Shown here in pieces: positions 29,151 through 30,568 of a stretch of DNA of 30,568 bases. Every line of letters begins with the position of its first letter. The stretch's first letter is position 1. The DNA is from Bacteriovoracaceae bacterium (GTDB taxonomy: Bacteria > Bdellovibrionota > Bacteriovoracia > Bacteriovoracales > Bacteriovoracaceae): NCBI GenBank assembly GCA_965217035.1, contig OZ244226.1, positions 3,020,146-3,050,713 on the forward strand, read 5' to 3'. Position numbers and translations under genes: made by a program. The notes below the pieces were generated by a model. The model did no database searches and was not told where the DNA came from. It saw only the letters and a list, made by a program, of their open reading frames with translations.

Positions 29151-30452
29151 TTATCTCCCTATATCTTTCCGGAACATTTCATCCTCGAAATGAACCATAT
29201 TTATAACTTTGTAGATCTTTTCTCGAGCTTTGATTCGGTCTTCATCAACTGTCGTGACTCCGAGAACTCGACCTCCCGTATTGATCAATTCACCATTTTC
29301 GTTCTTCCCTACGCCTGCAAAGAAAATTTTATTTCCTTGCTCTTGAATCAACTTAAAACGGTCTTCGATTGTAATCTTTTTTCCTATTTCAAGAGGGGTT
29401 CCATCGATTCCTGGATACCCACCAGAAGCCTTTACGACATGACAAGTGGTTTGTTTAGAAAGTTTAAACTGGCTTCTAACAAGTTCAAGCTTTTTATGCA
29501 TAGCCGCATGGAAGATCTTAGCGAGATCGCATTCTAATCTTGGAAGAATAACCTGAGCTTCTGGGTCTCCAAACCGAGTATTGAATTCGAGAACTTTTAT
29601 CTCTCCCGATTTTGTTTTTATGAGACCGGCAAAAAGAATCCCTTTAAAGTCTAAATGTTTTTGTTTCAGCTTTTTGAAGAGTTTTTCAAAAATTCTTCTT
29701 TTTATGAATTGCCTATCTTCATTATCAATCCAGTCAGCAGGGGAGTAGCAACCCATTCCTCCGGTATTTGGACCTTGATCTTCATCAAGTAGCCTCTTGT
29801 AATCACAAGCGTCTCCGAGATACAGGTATTCAATCCCATCACTAAGTGCAAACGCAGAGAGTTCACGACCAACAAGCTTTTCTTCGATGATTATTTCATT
29901 CGGATTTTCAAGATTAAGAGTATTTTGGATACAAATCAGATCAATAGCTTCGTGAGCTTGTTTTTTAGTATCACAAACAAAAACTCCCTTTCCACTTGCA
30001 AGTCCATCGGCTTTAACGACAAGCCCTCCTGAATAAGGCCATGAATCAATAAACTTTGTCGCAGCTACAACATTATCAAAATATTCAAACTGGGCCGTCG
30101 GGATATCACATTCCTTCATGATTTGTTTTGAGAACGCCTTTGAAGATTCCAGTTGAGCCCCTTCTCTTCGTGGACCGATACAGGGGATTTTCTTCTCGTT
30201 TAAAAAATCCACTATACCTGCTTCAAGATAAGCCTCAGGACCAACAACAACCATATTGATAGCAAGCTCTTTGCATGTCTTGCCTAGAAATTCAAAATCG
30301 AGTGGATTTCCTTCTAAGCATTCAATGGCTGGTTCTGTTTCTATCCCGGCATTACCAGGCATGACAAAAACTTTATCAGCAAGTGAAGAGTGGGAAAGCT
30401 TCCAACTTAGAGCATGCTCTCTTCCACCTTTTCCTAGGACTAAAATATTCAT
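29151..30452 (-). CDS. purD: Phosphoribosylamine-glycine ligase
   Basis: GKGGREHAL, VGPE, LESSKAFSK, VKADGLASGKGV, DYKR..GPNTGGMG, EFNTRFGDPE, GGRVL. Confidence 0.99.
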   Translation of the reverse strand: MNILVLGKGGREHALSWKLSHSSLADKVFVMPGNAGIETEPAIECLEGNPLDFEFLGKTCKELAINMVVVGPEAYLEAGIVDFLNEKKIPCIGPRREGAQLESSKAFSKQIMKECDIPTAQFEYFDNVVAATKFIDSWPYSGGLVVKADGLASGKGVFVCDTKKQAHEAIDLICIQNTLNLENPNEIIIEEKLVGRELSAFALSDGIEYLYLGDACDYKRLLDEDQGPNTGGMGCYSPADWIDNEDRQFIKRRIFEKLFKKLKQKHLDFKGILFAGLIKTKSGEIKVLEFNTRFGDPEAQVILPRLECDLAKIFHAAMHKKLELVRSQFKLSKQTTCHVVKASGGYPGIDGTPLEIGKKITIEDRFKLIQEQGNKIFFAGVGKNENGELINTGGRVLGVTTVDEDRIKAREKIYKVINMVHFEDEMFRKDIGR

Positions 30453-30568
30453 CTGACTCCCTCATAGCGTTCGATATAATCGTGAATATCTGTAAATTCA
30501 TTGAAGCAATATTGACCGTCGATAGCTTTAGATATCGTATTTGTAAAGCTGCAATAAAGAGCTTTCGT
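30449..30568 (-). CDS. 3' end of the upstream gene (truncated by the window), possibly SAICAR synthetase
   Basis: Open frame TKALYCSFTNTISKAIDGQYCFNEFTDIHDYIERYEGVR* whose TGA overlaps the purD ATG (ATGA). The purC guess rests on operon context and loose C-terminal resemblance only. Confidence 0.55.
   Translation of the reverse strand, partial: TKALYCSFTNTISKAIDGQYCFNEFTDIHDYIERYEGVR

Overview
AT-rich bacterial chromosome segment. Gene content suggests a Bdellovibrionota (Bacteriovoracales-like) predator, but this is inference only. The left ~8.3 kb is accessory or envelope-related: a TgpA-like transglutaminase, a PilJ/NarX-PAS hybrid histidine kinase, a DUF5522-like Cys-cluster protein, an uncharacterised secreted protein with a papain-like Cys-His-Asp pattern, an SDR and a CPAF-like S41 lipoprotein protease. 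The rest is a nucleotide-biosynthesis supercluster. purA is divergent from purB-pyrB-pyrC-carA-carB-pyrF-pyrE-pyrD, which converges on (purC?)-purD-purN-purL-purQ-purH-purM. Between the two operons lie a highly divergent orphan motAB-like pair and ~1 kb of decayed DNA containing a LysR pseudogene. No rRNA, tRNA, CRISPR array or IS was seen. Most notable: the degenerate stator pair, the YopT/C58-like secreted protein, a hairpin occluding the protease RBS, several apparently leaderless promoters, a Bacillota-like pyr block, an RCC1-repeat relic, and a purN extension over a probable ATG>ACG ancestral start.
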